Positions 44,501-53,044 of a stretch of 64,000 nt of DNA are shown one piece after another. The translations under genes and the position numbers were made by a program. The notes beneath the pieces are model-generated. The model ran no database searches, had not been told where the DNA came from, and saw only the letters and a program-made list of their open reading frames with translations. Within the stretch, counting starts at the first letter, position 1; every line of letters begins with the position of its first letter. Origin of the DNA: a virus (lineage: Duplodnaviria > Caudoviricetes); IMG/VR virus record IMGVR_UViG_3300037755_000349, positions 1 to 64,000 of that record; one strand, given 5' to 3'.

Positions 44501-47500
44501 CGCACAAGGGCCTGGTCGGCATGCTCGATACGGCAAAGCGTGACGAAATTCTCAACGGCATTGCACGCGACCTGCCCGACCTGGTGCGGCAGAAGGCGGC
44601 CGATTACGGCTATCGCTTTCACGTTCCTGCTGAACGACGAGTCGCGGCCGAGGAGGTCGTCGCTGAGATGGCGGAGACTTTCTTGCGAGGTCGGGATCTG
44701 CCGGCGAAGCAGAAGGGTATTCTCGATCGCATAATTCAGGCGATCGCTGATGTCTTGCGGCGCATAGGTCTGCGCAAATACGACGAGCAATTCATCGCCT
44801 CGTTACTCACGGATCTGCACCGCTATGCGCGCGAAGGCCATGCTCGGAAGGAAACCGCTGAGCCGTATCGCGCACGCGCAAGTACGGCCCCTGCGTTCCC
44901 TGATTGGGATGATTCGAACGCCTCCGAGGTCGTCCCCAACTTCCAGGACTATGTGGATCGCGCGCGCCTGCATCTCTCCGGGAAGAGTGAAGAGGAGATC
45001 TATTCCTATGCGCTGAAGCAGTTCGACGAACGGCAACAGCTCTGGCAGTGGGAGGGATTCTTCGAGGGCGGGCACGTCCTTGTGCGCGGGACACAGGCCG
45101 GTGGCTACGATCTCTACGTCAACGATGCGCTCATCGTCCCGGATGACGGCGGAAACTACCCGAACCTACAGCTCGCACAAGCGGCAGCTCGGGTACTCGT
45201 GGCGGAGGAGGGTGGAGTCTCCGACGCCGAGGCTGAGCGCATCCTCAACGCAGTGCCATTAAGCGCGGACCTGCGCGTCAAGTTCCATCGTAAACCGTTC
45301 TTCTCGCAGCTCGCCGTGCGGCTGTCGGAGCTGCGCCTACAGAAGGCGCCGGCGTCCCAGTGGCGCGGCGTCATCGCGAACCTCACCGGCAAGGGCGTGA
45401 GCCCCGAAGAGATCGAGTGGCTCGGGATCAACGAGTGGCTCGCCGAGCAGGATGGCAAGGTCACGAAGGAGCAGGTACTGCAATACGTGCGCGCCAACCA
45501 AGTGCAGATCCAAGAGGTCGTGAAGAGCGCCTTTACCAAGGAAACCATTGACGAGGCAGTCACTGCTATTGACCGCGCTCTCGGCACTTTTACGGACTGG
45601 ATCACGCCTGGTGATCTTGATTATTACGATCGCGTCGAGCCGTCCGTCGATAAGGATAAGTTCACGACCTATGCTCGTACCGCAAAGGGCGAGCGCATCG
45701 ACATGACCGTGAAAGTCACAGACGTGGATTCCCAAGATTGGAACGATGGCGGATGGGTTAACGCGACCGTCACTCTCGCAGATGGTCGCAGCGCGGAGGC
45801 CGGCGCATGGTTCAGTTATCGCCGCGGCACCCTTGAGATTGATCCTTATGGGCTTGGCGAGTGGCGCGGTGATGAATTCTCAGAGGATGAGGTTGATGCT
45901 ATCAAAGAGGCAATCGGCGAGATCGCCTTGTCCGAAAACACAGAGCTAATGGACACTGTCCAACACGCCTCGGACGAATTCGATAGCGATCTTATAAGAG
46001 CAAGAAACGAACTTTTGAGTGGCGACGTGGAGGCGGCTATTTCTGCACTTAAAGACGCGGCCCGCACAGAGCGCGTATACGGCGATGATGTAACCGTTAG
46101 CCCGATTGTAGATCTACTCACCGAGGATGAGGGATCTATCAAGTATGAAGACTGGAAGCTACCGGGCGGCGAGAATTATCGCGAACTGTTGCTGACGCTG
46201 CCGCCAAAGAAAGATCTGCCGGAGGAATTCAAGGCGGTGGAGATAGGCGAAGGCCGATGGGCCGTGTTCGGTCCTGGCCCGCAAGGCGCGAATCGATACG
46301 GTTCCGGCACCACGCGCGAGGAAGCGATCGAATCCTTCGTCGGTCACGGCCACACCGGGGCGTTCATCTCAAAGCACTGGGCCGAGCCGAACATCCTCGC
46401 TCACGTGCGCTTCGATGAGCGCACCGACGCTGATGGCAAGCGCGTGCTGTTCATTGAGGAGATACAGAGCGATTGGCATCAAGCCGGCCGCAAGCACGGA
46501 TACAAAGGCGACTATGTTCCGCCGTCCACGGCTGATATCGAGCGGTACAACGAACTGCGCGCAAAGAGGGACATCACCAACACGGAAGATGCAGAGCTGA
46601 CCAAGCTGGAGAAGCTGATACGCCAGCACGATGACATGATCGCTAGACTGGTGCCGGATGCTCCCTTTAAAACATCATGGCCCGAGTTGGCGTTCAAGCG
46701 CATTTTGAAATGGGCTGTCGATGAAAACTTCGATCGCGTGACGTGGACCACCGGCGCGCAGCAGGCAGATCGATATGATCTGAGTAAAAAAGTAAAAGCG
46801 ATCGAGTACACGGCCTCGGGTCGGTTGATTGCCATGGGCATAAGTGGCAGTCCGGTAATGAATGAGGCGGTCCCAGAAGAAAAAATCGCTGACTATGTTG
46901 GCGAAGAGCTTGCCAAGAAGTTACTCGAACAACCCTTAGTTAAGGCAGGACCAGTGCACAGTCGTGTGTTGCGCGATGTGGATTTGAAGATGGGCGGCGA
47001 GGGCATGGTTGAGTTCTACGACCAGATGCTGCCGCGCATCGCCGTCAAACTCACGAAGAAGTGGGGTGGCCGAGCATCGAAGACAAAGCTGCGCGGTGTC
47101 ACTCGCGAAGAGCGGATCAACGATCGCTACCAGATCCGCGAGACCTCCGCGGGCTGGACGCTGCTCGACGCGGCCGGCAATCCGCTTGCTGATCGACGCG
47201 CCTTCCGCAACGGGGCGGCGGCCGAGAAGTGGCTGGAGGAGAACGGCTACCTCGATGAGGAGGTTCACTCGCTGGATATCACCGACGACATACGCGAGGT
47301 CGCGCTCGGCGGCCTGCCGATGTTCCATCGAAAGTCCATGGTCGGCGTGTTCCGCCGGCGCCAGGCGGTGCAGAACGGCACCTTTGACCTGGTCGAAGGG
47401 TCGCGCACCTCGCGCTGGTGGAACCTCCTGGTCTTCAAGGCGCAGGACCGTTTCTACGATCTGTTCCGGCTCAACGAGCAGGCGAAGATCTTCCGCCAGA

Positions 47501-50274
47501 TCGCGCAGCTCCCCGACTCGATGGACGCGTACCTGAAGGAGACGCTCTACCATGGTCGCGTAGAGGATCGCGTCAAAGAGTACGAGAAGCAGTTCGTCGA
47601 GCCACTGGTGAAGATGATCAAGGACTCCGGCTATACCTGGCAGCAGGTGGAGGATTACCTGTACGCGCGGCACGCGCCCGAGGCGAACGCGAGGCTCCTC
47701 ACGATCAACAACGGGAATCCGAACTTCCATTCCGGTATGACGGACGCCGAGGCCACGCAGGTGATGACGGCGCTCGGCGCTGCGGGCAACATCGCGAACC
47801 TGCAAGCGATCGGCGCTCATGTCGATGCAATGACGCAGTGGGAGCGCTCCACGCTGGTGCTGGAGGGCCTCGAAGACCAGGCCACCATCACCGAGTGGGA
47901 GAACACCTATGATCACTACGTCCCGCTCAAAGGGTGGGCGCACAACCCTGAACTTGCTGAAATGCCTCGTCGAGGCCGAGGCTTTGATACTGGTGGTCGG
48001 ACAACAAAAGACCGCACTGGCCGCACGTCTCGTGCGGGAAACATCCTCGCCAACATCGTCGCGCAAGCGCAGATGGCCGTCATCCGCGCGGAGAAGGCCA
48101 AAGTAGGCCGGGCGCTGCTGGAGTTCGTGAAAGCGAACCCGGCGCCGCGGCTATACGAGGTCAACCAGGTCGAGTACCACCGCTACATCGACTCGGGCAC
48201 GGGCCTGGTGCGCCAGGGCGTGAACCCGCAGTACAAGCTCGCCGACAACGTGGTGCGCGTGCGCATGGCCGGCAAGGATGAGCACATCGTGTTCAACCCC
48301 AACGAGCCGCAGATGCAGCGCCTGGCGACCGCGATGAAGAACCTCTCGGCCACCGAGATGGGCCTGATCCTGTCGTTCCTGCACGGGATCAACCGCTACC
48401 TCTCGACGATCAACACCTCGCTGAATCCCGAGTTCGTGATCTCCAACGCGCTGCGTGACTTGCAGACCGCTGGCATCAACTTGCAAAGCACCGACCTGAA
48501 GGGCCAGGCGCTCGCGATCATGAGCCAGTGGCGCCATGCCTGGAAGGCGATCCGTCAGGCCGAAGCCGGCAACACGACGCACGCGTGGGCGCCGTGGTGG
48601 GATCGCTTCAAGAAGGCCGGCGCGAAAACCGGGTGGATTCAGCACTACGGCACGCCGGTGGACATCGAGAAAAAACTTCAAAAGGAAATCAACCGGCACG
48701 GTGTGGTGGGCAACGCGGCCAAGGGGATCGAGGTGACGCTCGGCTGGATCGAGCGGCAGAACCTGGCGGTCGAGAACGCCATGCGTCTGGCCGCCTTCCG
48801 GGCTGCTGTCGAGGCTGGCATGTCGGACGAGCGCGCCGCGCAGATCGCGAAGAATCTCACCGTGAACTTCAACAAGCGCGGTGACCTGGGTATTGCACTG
48901 AACTCGTTCATCCTGTTCTACAACGCCGGCGTGCAGGGCACGGCAACGATCCTGCGTGCAGCAAAGAGCCCGCGGGCGCGCAAGTTCATGTATGGCCTGG
49001 TCGCGGCTGGCATCGTCATCGACATCATCAATCGCATGGTGGCGGGCGAGGACGATGATGACGAGAACCGCTACGACAAGATCCGCAGCTACGAGAAGGA
49101 GCGCAACATCATCGTGATGCTGCCGAAGGAGCAGCGCTTCACGCTGCCATCGGGCGATGAGATCGATCACCTGAAGATCCCGATGCCCTACGGGTACAAC
49201 TTTCTGTACTACACCGGAACGAAGATCGGCGGCGTGCTCGACTATCACACCATCGGCAACAAGCGCCGCTTCGAGCCGGCCGAAGATGCCGCGCAGGTGG
49301 TGGCCTCGTTCTTGGGCGCATTCAACCCGATCGGTGGGTTCGCCAATCCACTGGAGTCGATCACGGCGGTGGAGCAGTACATCCAACTGAAAGAAGAGCG
49401 AGCGTGGGACGGCCGCCCGCTCATGCCACCACAGCCGCAGTACGACATTCCGGTGCCGGACTCGCAACGCTTCTGGCGGTCCACCGGCAAGGGTGCGCGC
49501 GAGGTCACGGCTTGGCTCAACGAGCACACCGGTGGCACCGACGTAACGCCGGGCAAGATCGACATCTCGCCGGCGACGGTGGATTACTGGATTGACTTCG
49601 CCCTCGGTGGCAGCGGCCGGTTCATCTCCAACACGATCAATGCGACGCACGATATCGCGCTTGATCGCAAGGACCTGGACCTGGGCGAGGTGCCCTTCGT
49701 GCGCCGCGTGCTCGGGCAGACCGGGGAGCGCGATCGCCAGGAGCGGTTCTACACGCGCATGAACGAAGTGCAGTACGTGATCAAGGAGCGCGAGGTCGCG
49801 CGCGAGATGCGCCGCTTCGCGAAGACGCCCGAGGAGATGCAGCCCTACGAGGAGCGCAACGCATTCATCGATAAGCGCTACCCGATCGCGGCCAAGGTGG
49901 AGATGGAAGGCCGGCGCGCGGAGGCCAAGCTCAAGCAGCTCCGAGCTGGACGCAAGGCGCTCCAGAAACAGGAGGGCCGCATGGAGGAGAGCAAGCGGCT
50001 GGAGCGCATCGAGTCGATCGAGGCGGAGATGCGCGCCACGATGGACCAGTTCAATCGCTCCTGGAACGAGGCCGAGGACGCACAGCGCGGCGCCACCGAG
50101 ACGAAGGATCTGATCGGCCAGCTCGGACCGATCATCGACGGCAAGAACCGCCGCGACGCCGTGCGTGCGTTGCGTGAGGCGGGCAAGCCGGCGACAGCCG
50201 AGCTGCTCGCGGCACTGCCGACCACGCTTCGCACGCAGCTCCGCGAGCTGCTGGAGCAGGAAGCCGCCTCATGA
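38542..50274 (+). CDS. Giant polyvalent internal virion protein (~3,910 aa): InPase-like, ParB-like, four ART-like, metallopeptidase and LPD38-like domains
   Basis: ISIENPKGS..DGDHVDV..FDEHKVMLG; EGQHRARAL; YHGT..GFYF modules; HEYVAH; EEIQSDW; C-terminal KIPMPYGY..DISP. Confidence 0.85.
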   Translation: MATNEWEVIGEEPDVLQPATQPTVAPQNVLQGAVQNDWEVLGEEDLTPDALLPGEALNLATAPDEQFGLDETQRSMASALTRAGADQIIDDVASREILAAPPPAPGRIEPTALTATRRFLPGGKQIAEPVDPDVDLRAMKRLPGNIGRSSKAQVKEAIAGTQRLFADLQANMDIAKAESYRSYQSDDPQVLAQQQAAAGEAEERAGHAELAQGRAARTTRRAQAEGQAAIPADAGEIERAIQSGVSSAAVTLPIVTLGSVVPGGQGAALVTLGGMTGSARYGELRAAGLDEGTAALSAAALGGLEGLTEKIPLGTLAKKSPFIEKATEFLVQDLLGENVSTVAQIADDYRLGLRDDVTMADVQQAIKETSAATIAGSAAQLTVSGIFEQALNRANQKAIDREAKAGMQRQEPFISEPDLAGIGELEYEAAPAAAAGDLEVVAEEPLAAAPGSAQDELAALEALRKGGATPEQEAILEGLGHLVRTETGTPVLLPSGRRRLTELNQQLADSRSETKNQALPQPVAAGAKEAPGSAQPGLGEAAGTTPSLTEATQGAARGVRVGRSPAPGGERQGESVAAGEANLEDTIPIPQQYERVILESIIKDDATPGQIGIAISRGFAKRRSDGTATLLPAGRRRLVELESGQPPADVEATFEGEELRRAGDLRRTPRVEVKPAQARSGSVQTPRGGFTVHVDGKPVVELPDAQAAREAAAGFAADGTFKTTVAGQPVSVDVTPTDAQKASGTYTKGHIRYEGLQISIENPKGSIRSGVSESGRKWSRALGADYGYVRGSESADGDHVDVFLGDATSDVAYIVDQVKADGTFDEHKVMLGYPSLEAATAAYRAQYPKGWKGLGAITHIPIADFKTWVKSPQAKQPYAWKPKAQAVAAVPSAEPAPERAKLHKKIYRGTEAGTKGAETRAAPRGELGPGIYFTPDAKLAASYGGGPTASIAKGTRVVHTAELARDLKAEEIGTLEGGSRDGETARLVSNGKELWRGEWNARKSQEANYQAMVKAIKGAGLKMIVGADDSIAINQVAVTDPNILKFDQAKLHKKRLPLEERADDASDQQRATLRDIDTASVTPQFQLRAATEDVYDTADAHFTSSEVLKGVHDVPLKTLGLTGYDDAKSVARIARLAEQIKESGEVSPIMVGIDRNGEAYVMEGQHRARALQLLGSDSIPAKIVLDTTDDDGVRLHKKQTETAAFKKWFGDSKVVDADGNPQVVYHGTGNLEGLNEFRPELTGLGNDQIGSGFYFTTSQEEASAYTTARMPNAGTKLGGDQSPGIVPAYLSIKNPIIVKGPNLRDVDVDLSAKQVEAIIRHAPRLFDVENTPLLDWHENASTRVTPAMVRDVAKKYTGPALIQIEHDFFGREGEATKFREALRKVLGYDGAVIDFGTKKHWVAWFPEQIKSAIGNRGTFNPKDPDIRFHNKQSKTDAFRRWFGESKIVDDEGNPLVVYHGTGSDFTEFQPTDYGWYGWGSYFTSNEKFANEFAEGADGNPNVMPVYLAIERPFYFTPKDNDTPTNVQLLMAVGHSRRKAESIINREGDVNVRVFDKLQEEGHDGIVVLEPGRTEYIIFEPSQIKSAIGNTGAFDPANPNILFHKAFHGSPYRFQKFVLDDKTIGTGEGAHAYGWGLYFAENEAVAKDYQRRLSDSSAHVRLSVNGKELEDGPERHGASLVAFNDLREVRALAKRWLAEYENDPGMKETAEHAGLAAAEYWPRLNSFVQSHTKRDIKVARGLLYSVEINDAAVKNMLDWDVTWESQLDTVKETLRKAGVFKRYKANLSNYGTPMQTRNRKMRGESIYAFLSMEKGGDQAASKYLSSLGIHGLRYKDEGSRGKRGGTRNIVVFDDSIITVTHIDGSPVTAQERTDAIGPLFSRVNTNANESRYRAITGTPREQRSAQVRTEVNRVLRNFPGASANVVQTFNELPNDVRARVIAAGGLDEKGNPAVDAFYDPPTGQVYFIANEIESIDSIESLFLHEYVAHKGLVGMLDTAKRDEILNGIARDLPDLVRQKAADYGYRFHVPAERRVAAEEVVAEMAETFLRGRDLPAKQKGILDRIIQAIADVLRRIGLRKYDEQFIASLLTDLHRYAREGHARKETAEPYRARASTAPAFPDWDDSNASEVVPNFQDYVDRARLHLSGKSEEEIYSYALKQFDERQQLWQWEGFFEGGHVLVRGTQAGGYDLYVNDALIVPDDGGNYPNLQLAQAAARVLVAEEGGVSDAEAERILNAVPLSADLRVKFHRKPFFSQLAVRLSELRLQKAPASQWRGVIANLTGKGVSPEEIEWLGINEWLAEQDGKVTKEQVLQYVRANQVQIQEVVKSAFTKETIDEAVTAIDRALGTFTDWITPGDLDYYDRVEPSVDKDKFTTYARTAKGERIDMTVKVTDVDSQDWNDGGWVNATVTLADGRSAEAGAWFSYRRGTLEIDPYGLGEWRGDEFSEDEVDAIKEAIGEIALSENTELMDTVQHASDEFDSDLIRARNELLSGDVEAAISALKDAARTERVYGDDVTVSPIVDLLTEDEGSIKYEDWKLPGGENYRELLLTLPPKKDLPEEFKAVEIGEGRWAVFGPGPQGANRYGSGTTREEAIESFVGHGHTGAFISKHWAEPNILAHVRFDERTDADGKRVLFIEEIQSDWHQAGRKHGYKGDYVPPSTADIERYNELRAKRDITNTEDAELTKLEKLIRQHDDMIARLVPDAPFKTSWPELAFKRILKWAVDENFDRVTWTTGAQQADRYDLSKKVKAIEYTASGRLIAMGISGSPVMNEAVPEEKIADYVGEELAKKLLEQPLVKAGPVHSRVLRDVDLKMGGEGMVEFYDQMLPRIAVKLTKKWGGRASKTKLRGVTREERINDRYQIRETSAGWTLLDAAGNPLADRRAFRNGAAAEKWLEENGYLDEEVHSLDITDDIREVALGGLPMFHRKSMVGVFRRRQAVQNGTFDLVEGSRTSRWWNLLVFKAQDRFYDLFRLNEQAKIFRQIAQLPDSMDAYLKETLYHGRVEDRVKEYEKQFVEPLVKMIKDSGYTWQQVEDYLYARHAPEANARLLTINNGNPNFHSGMTDAEATQVMTALGAAGNIANLQAIGAHVDAMTQWERSTLVLEGLEDQATITEWENTYDHYVPLKGWAHNPELAEMPRRGRGFDTGGRTTKDRTGRTSRAGNILANIVAQAQMAVIRAEKAKVGRALLEFVKANPAPRLYEVNQVEYHRYIDSGTGLVRQGVNPQYKLADNVVRVRMAGKDEHIVFNPNEPQMQRLATAMKNLSATEMGLILSFLHGINRYLSTINTSLNPEFVISNALRDLQTAGINLQSTDLKGQALAIMSQWRHAWKAIRQAEAGNTTHAWAPWWDRFKKAGAKTGWIQHYGTPVDIEKKLQKEINRHGVVGNAAKGIEVTLGWIERQNLAVENAMRLAAFRAAVEAGMSDERAAQIAKNLTVNFNKRGDLGIALNSFILFYNAGVQGTATILRAAKSPRARKFMYGLVAAGIVIDIINRMVAGEDDDDENRYDKIRSYEKERNIIVMLPKEQRFTLPSGDEIDHLKIPMPYGYNFLYYTGTKIGGVLDYHTIGNKRRFEPAEDAAQVVASFLGAFNPIGGFANPLESITAVEQYIQLKEERAWDGRPLMPPQPQYDIPVPDSQRFWRSTGKGAREVTAWLNEHTGGTDVTPGKIDISPATVDYWIDFALGGSGRFISNTINATHDIALDRKDLDLGEVPFVRRVLGQTGERDRQERFYTRMNEVQYVIKEREVAREMRRFAKTPEEMQPYEERNAFIDKRYPIAAKVEMEGRRAEAKLKQLRAGRKALQKQEGRMEESKRLERIESIEAEMRATMDQFNRSWNEAEDAQRGATETKDLIGQLGPIIDGKNRRDAVRALREAGKPATAELLAALPTTLRTQLRELLEQEAAS
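41239..41702 (+). repeat. 17-bp exact direct repeat GCGAAGCTGCACAAGAA flanking one module of the giant gene
   Basis: Copies at 41239-41255 and 41686-41702, both encoding AKLHKK. Confidence 0.85.
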
Positions 50275-50645
50275 GCGCGAAAGACGATGATCTGCGGGAC
50301 ATCTATTCGCGCCTGAACACGACCGAACAGGAAGTCGCCTCGCTCGGTTCGAAGCTGGACCAGGTGATCACGACGCTCGATCGAGTGGTCGAGCGAGTCA
50401 CCGCGCCGGCGCCGCCGCCGCCTAAAACCGATTGGGTGGGCATCGCCGCGCTGGTAGTCTCGATCGTCTCGGCAGGGGCCTTTTACTTGCAATCACGATT
50501 CGGGCCGGTGGAGGCTCAGATCGAAATCACGCGCTCTCAGATGGAGCGTGCCTACGAGAGGGAGCTAGAACGAGAACGACTTTTAGGCCGACTTGAGTCG
50601 GAGGTGGCAAATGACACTCGGAGAACTCCAGGAGCTTCACTTTAG
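50271..50645 (+). CDS. Coiled-coil single-TM protein of the lysis region (holin-like?)
   Basis: ATGA-coupled; WVGIAALVVSIVSAGAFYL TM segment. Confidence 0.5.
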   Translation: MSAKDDDLRDIYSRLNTTEQEVASLGSKLDQVITTLDRVVERVTAPAPPPPKTDWVGIAALVVSIVSAGAFYLQSRFGPVEAQIEITRSQMERAYERELERERLLGRLESEVANDTRRTPGASL

Positions 50646-51033
50646 GCTGTTCACCACGAAGCTGGTGCCGCACGCATACCAGTTGGGATATACGCTTCGT
50701 TGGGGCGAGGCGCTGCGATCGGACGAGCAGGCCGAGATCAACGCCATGGGCTCGGACGGACGGGACATGTTGGCCAATATGATCCAGATCAGGTTTCCCG
50801 ACCTAGCCGAGAAGATCCGCAACAACGGCAAGGCCAACGGCATCCGCAACAGTGTCCACGGCGACAAGCTCGCCCTCGACCTGAATCTATTTCGCAATGG
50901 ACTGTGGCTCTCAGCGACCGAAGATCACCGGCCGCTCGGGGAGTATTGGGAGTCGTTGCATCCGCTGTGCCGGTGGGGAGGTAGATTTAACGACGGCGGC
51001 CACTATTCAATCGAATATCAGGGGCGAAAATGA
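50611..51033 (+). CDS. Endolysin, M15-family Zn peptidase
   Basis: GGAGG RBS; GEALRS..NSVHGDKLALDLNLF..WGGRFNDGGHYS. Confidence 0.85.
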   Translation: MTLGELQELHFRLFTTKLVPHAYQLGYTLRWGEALRSDEQAEINAMGSDGRDMLANMIQIRFPDLAEKIRNNGKANGIRNSVHGDKLALDLNLFRNGLWLSATEDHRPLGEYWESLHPLCRWGGRFNDGGHYSIEYQGRK

Positions 51034-51452
51034 AGTGCACAGCCGATAGATTGGGCTTGTTGGTGGCGGCGATCCTGTTGCCGTTTGGGGTGTATGCACA
51101 GGCATTCACGCGCGCGCCGGAGGATCTGATGTGGAGCTTCGGCACGGCGCTCGGTGCATTCCTCGGCCTGGCGTTGCACGTAACGTTCTCGTGGGGCGAG
51201 TGGCGCAAGATCACGGCCAACAAGCCGCACTTGTGGCAGTACATCTATGAGGACATGCCGGGTTTCCTGACCGCGGTGATCATGGCGCTGATCGCGTATT
51301 TCGGTCTGCCGGTGCTCGGCAGCATCCCTGCGGTGCAGAACTTCCTGGGTTTCACCATCGGAATGAACTTCCTGTCGGCGACGGCGGCCAGCTATATCGC
51401 CAGTTCGCTCGGGTATAAGATCCGGGCCTATTTCATCAAAAAGACGGAGTAA
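51030..51452 (+). CDS. Holin-like membrane protein
   Basis: Signal-like N-terminus plus ~3 TM helices; basic C-terminus. Confidence 0.55.
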   Translation: MKCTADRLGLLVAAILLPFGVYAQAFTRAPEDLMWSFGTALGAFLGLALHVTFSWGEWRKITANKPHLWQYIYEDMPGFLTAVIMALIAYFGLPVLGSIPAVQNFLGFTIGMNFLSATAASYIASSLGYKIRAYFIKKTE

Positions 51453-51460
51453 CCCGCCCC

Positions 51461-51880
51461 ATGCTGAATCCCTTCCTGGCCGCCCTGGGCGTTGCCTGCC
51501 TCGGCTTGGGCGTGACGGTGTATGTGCAGCGAGGAACCGTTGCGCGGGCCGAGGCGAGGGTGGTGCGCGTCCAGGTGCAGTTCGACCAGGTGGTCCAGGC
51601 CAACAAGAACCTAGCGGCCAGCATGGACAGTATGAAAAAAGTGAATGATGACCTCATCGAGATGGTGCGCGTGGACGCCGAGAATTTGCAGCGCGCAGCC
51701 ATCGAGGTCCGGCGCAGGGAGGCGGAAAGCCGAGTCCAATCCGAACGCGTGCGCAGCGCCCGCCAGGAGATCAAGAATGCGACCGTCTCATGCGCCGACC
51801 TGGCGCGCTTGGACATTGTTGCTGTGTGCCCCGCCCTTGCTATCAGCCTGCGAGACCAGGCCCGTAATCAGAGATTCTAG
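51461..51880 (+). CDS. Rz: Inner-membrane spanin (Rz-like)
   Basis: N-terminal TM followed by coiled coil; follows the endolysin and holin. Confidence 0.75.
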   Translation: MLNPFLAALGVACLGLGVTVYVQRGTVARAEARVVRVQVQFDQVVQANKNLAASMDSMKKVNDDLIEMVRVDAENLQRAAIEVRRREAESRVQSERVRSARQEIKNATVSCADLARLDIVAVCPALAISLRDQARNQRF

Positions 51881-52097
51881 GCCGGTCGAGATCAGGATCC
51901 CGGTTCGGACTCACCTCGATCCGGAGCTGACGCAGGATTGCCCGCCGGCGGTAGACTTGCCGCAGGAAGGGTCGCTTCGCGTCGAACAGGTGCTCGACTA
52001 TCTCCTGGCCCTTGAGTCGGCGCTCTGGCGCTGTCGCCTTCAGCTCCAAGGGATTCGGGAGATTGATTTACCTGCGCCTCCCATACCTCCTCGATGA
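51777..52097 (+). CDS. Rz1: Outer-membrane spanin lipoprotein (Rz1-like)
   Basis: Overlaps the Rz 3' end in another frame; lipobox LSA-C; Pro-rich with paired Cys. Confidence 0.72.
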   Translation: MRPSHAPTWRAWTLLLCAPPLLSACETRPVIRDSRPVEIRIPVRTHLDPELTQDCPPAVDLPQEGSLRVEQVLDYLLALESALWRCRLQLQGIREIDLPAPPIPPR

Positions 52098-52320
52098 CCA
52101 TCAGGATCGCCCGTCGCACGTAGTGCGGGGTCTCCTGGCGATCGCGCCAGCGCTTCCATACCGCCAGCAGGTCGTGCAGCTCGTCGAGCGTGTTGTCGAT
52201 GCGAGCGCCGAGCGTCACGGGGTAGCCCTCGCTACGTTCCTCGCCGCACCTGGCGCAGACATCATTGACGTTAGAATTGTGCTCGTGGCAGTTCGAGCAG
52301 ATCCATGGTGTATTGCTCAT
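51892..52320 (-). CDS. RanBP2-like Zn-finger protein
   Basis: WICSNCHEHN..VCARCG; GGAGAG RBS; 3' part overlaps the spanin genes. Confidence 0.5.
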   Translation of the reverse strand: MSNTPWICSNCHEHNSNVNDVCARCGEERSEGYPVTLGARIDNTLDELHDLLAVWKRWRDRQETPHYVRRAILMVIEEVWEAQVNQSPESLGAEGDSARAPTQGPGDSRAPVRREATLPAASLPPAGNPASAPDRGESEPGS

Positions 52321-52321
52321 C

Positions 52322-53023
52322 TCAATCTCTCCTTGCCGGGAAGCGTCGGCCCATGATGTCGTACAGCCGCGGATGCTTCATGGCATCCACCACGATCGGA
52401 TCCTGGTCGGCCTGGCGAAAATACCAATTCTTGTAATCGTCTGGCACCAGGTCGTAGTGCAGGCCCTTGTGCTTGCCGAACCCGATGAACGGCGCCCGGC
52501 GCGCGGTCTCGGTGTGCGTGGCCAGCACGTCCCATAGGGCTGGGTCCTTCATGTTCAGGCCCATGACGGTGCAGATCGCTTCGAGCAATTCAGCCGCTAG
52601 TGAGCAGTCGGCCAGTGCGGAGTGCGCGCCCTTGAGCAGCCTGCGAGCGTTGCCACGATCCAGGTAATAGGTCAACGCGCCGAGCGAGTACGAGTCCAGA
52701 TCCCACCATAGATCCCTGGCGAGCGCGTGGGTGCAGATGAGCTTGACGACGGGCTTGCCGATTACCTCCCAGTCGTAGAACACGTTGTGCCCGATCATGT
52801 GCGTGAACTTCGGCGGCAGCGAGAAGCCCGCCGACGGCGGGCATCCCTCCAGGTCCTCGTCCATGATGTGATGCGTGGCGAGCGCGCCGTATTCGATGGG
52901 CTTCGATGGTTGCAGTCGTATGTTCGTTTCGGCGCCATCGAGCAGGTCGATGTACCCGACCTCGATGGGCTCGGGATCTTTCATGCCGGTGGTCTCAGTG
53001 TCCAATACGCAAGGTGTTGCCAT
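52322..53023 (-). CDS. DEDDh 3'-5' exonuclease (ExoX/epsilon-like)
   Basis: VLDTETTG, GHNVFYD, HSALADC, C-terminal FGKHKG..VPDDYKNW. Confidence 0.88.
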   Translation of the reverse strand: MATPCVLDTETTGMKDPEPIEVGYIDLLDGAETNIRLQPSKPIEYGALATHHIMDEDLEGCPPSAGFSLPPKFTHMIGHNVFYDWEVIGKPVVKLICTHALARDLWWDLDSYSLGALTYYLDRGNARRLLKGAHSALADCSLAAELLEAICTVMGLNMKDPALWDVLATHTETARRAPFIGFGKHKGLHYDLVPDDYKNWYFRQADQDPIVVDAMKHPRLYDIMGRRFPARRD

Positions 53024-53044
53024 AGGATTCTCGTTAAATGAAGG

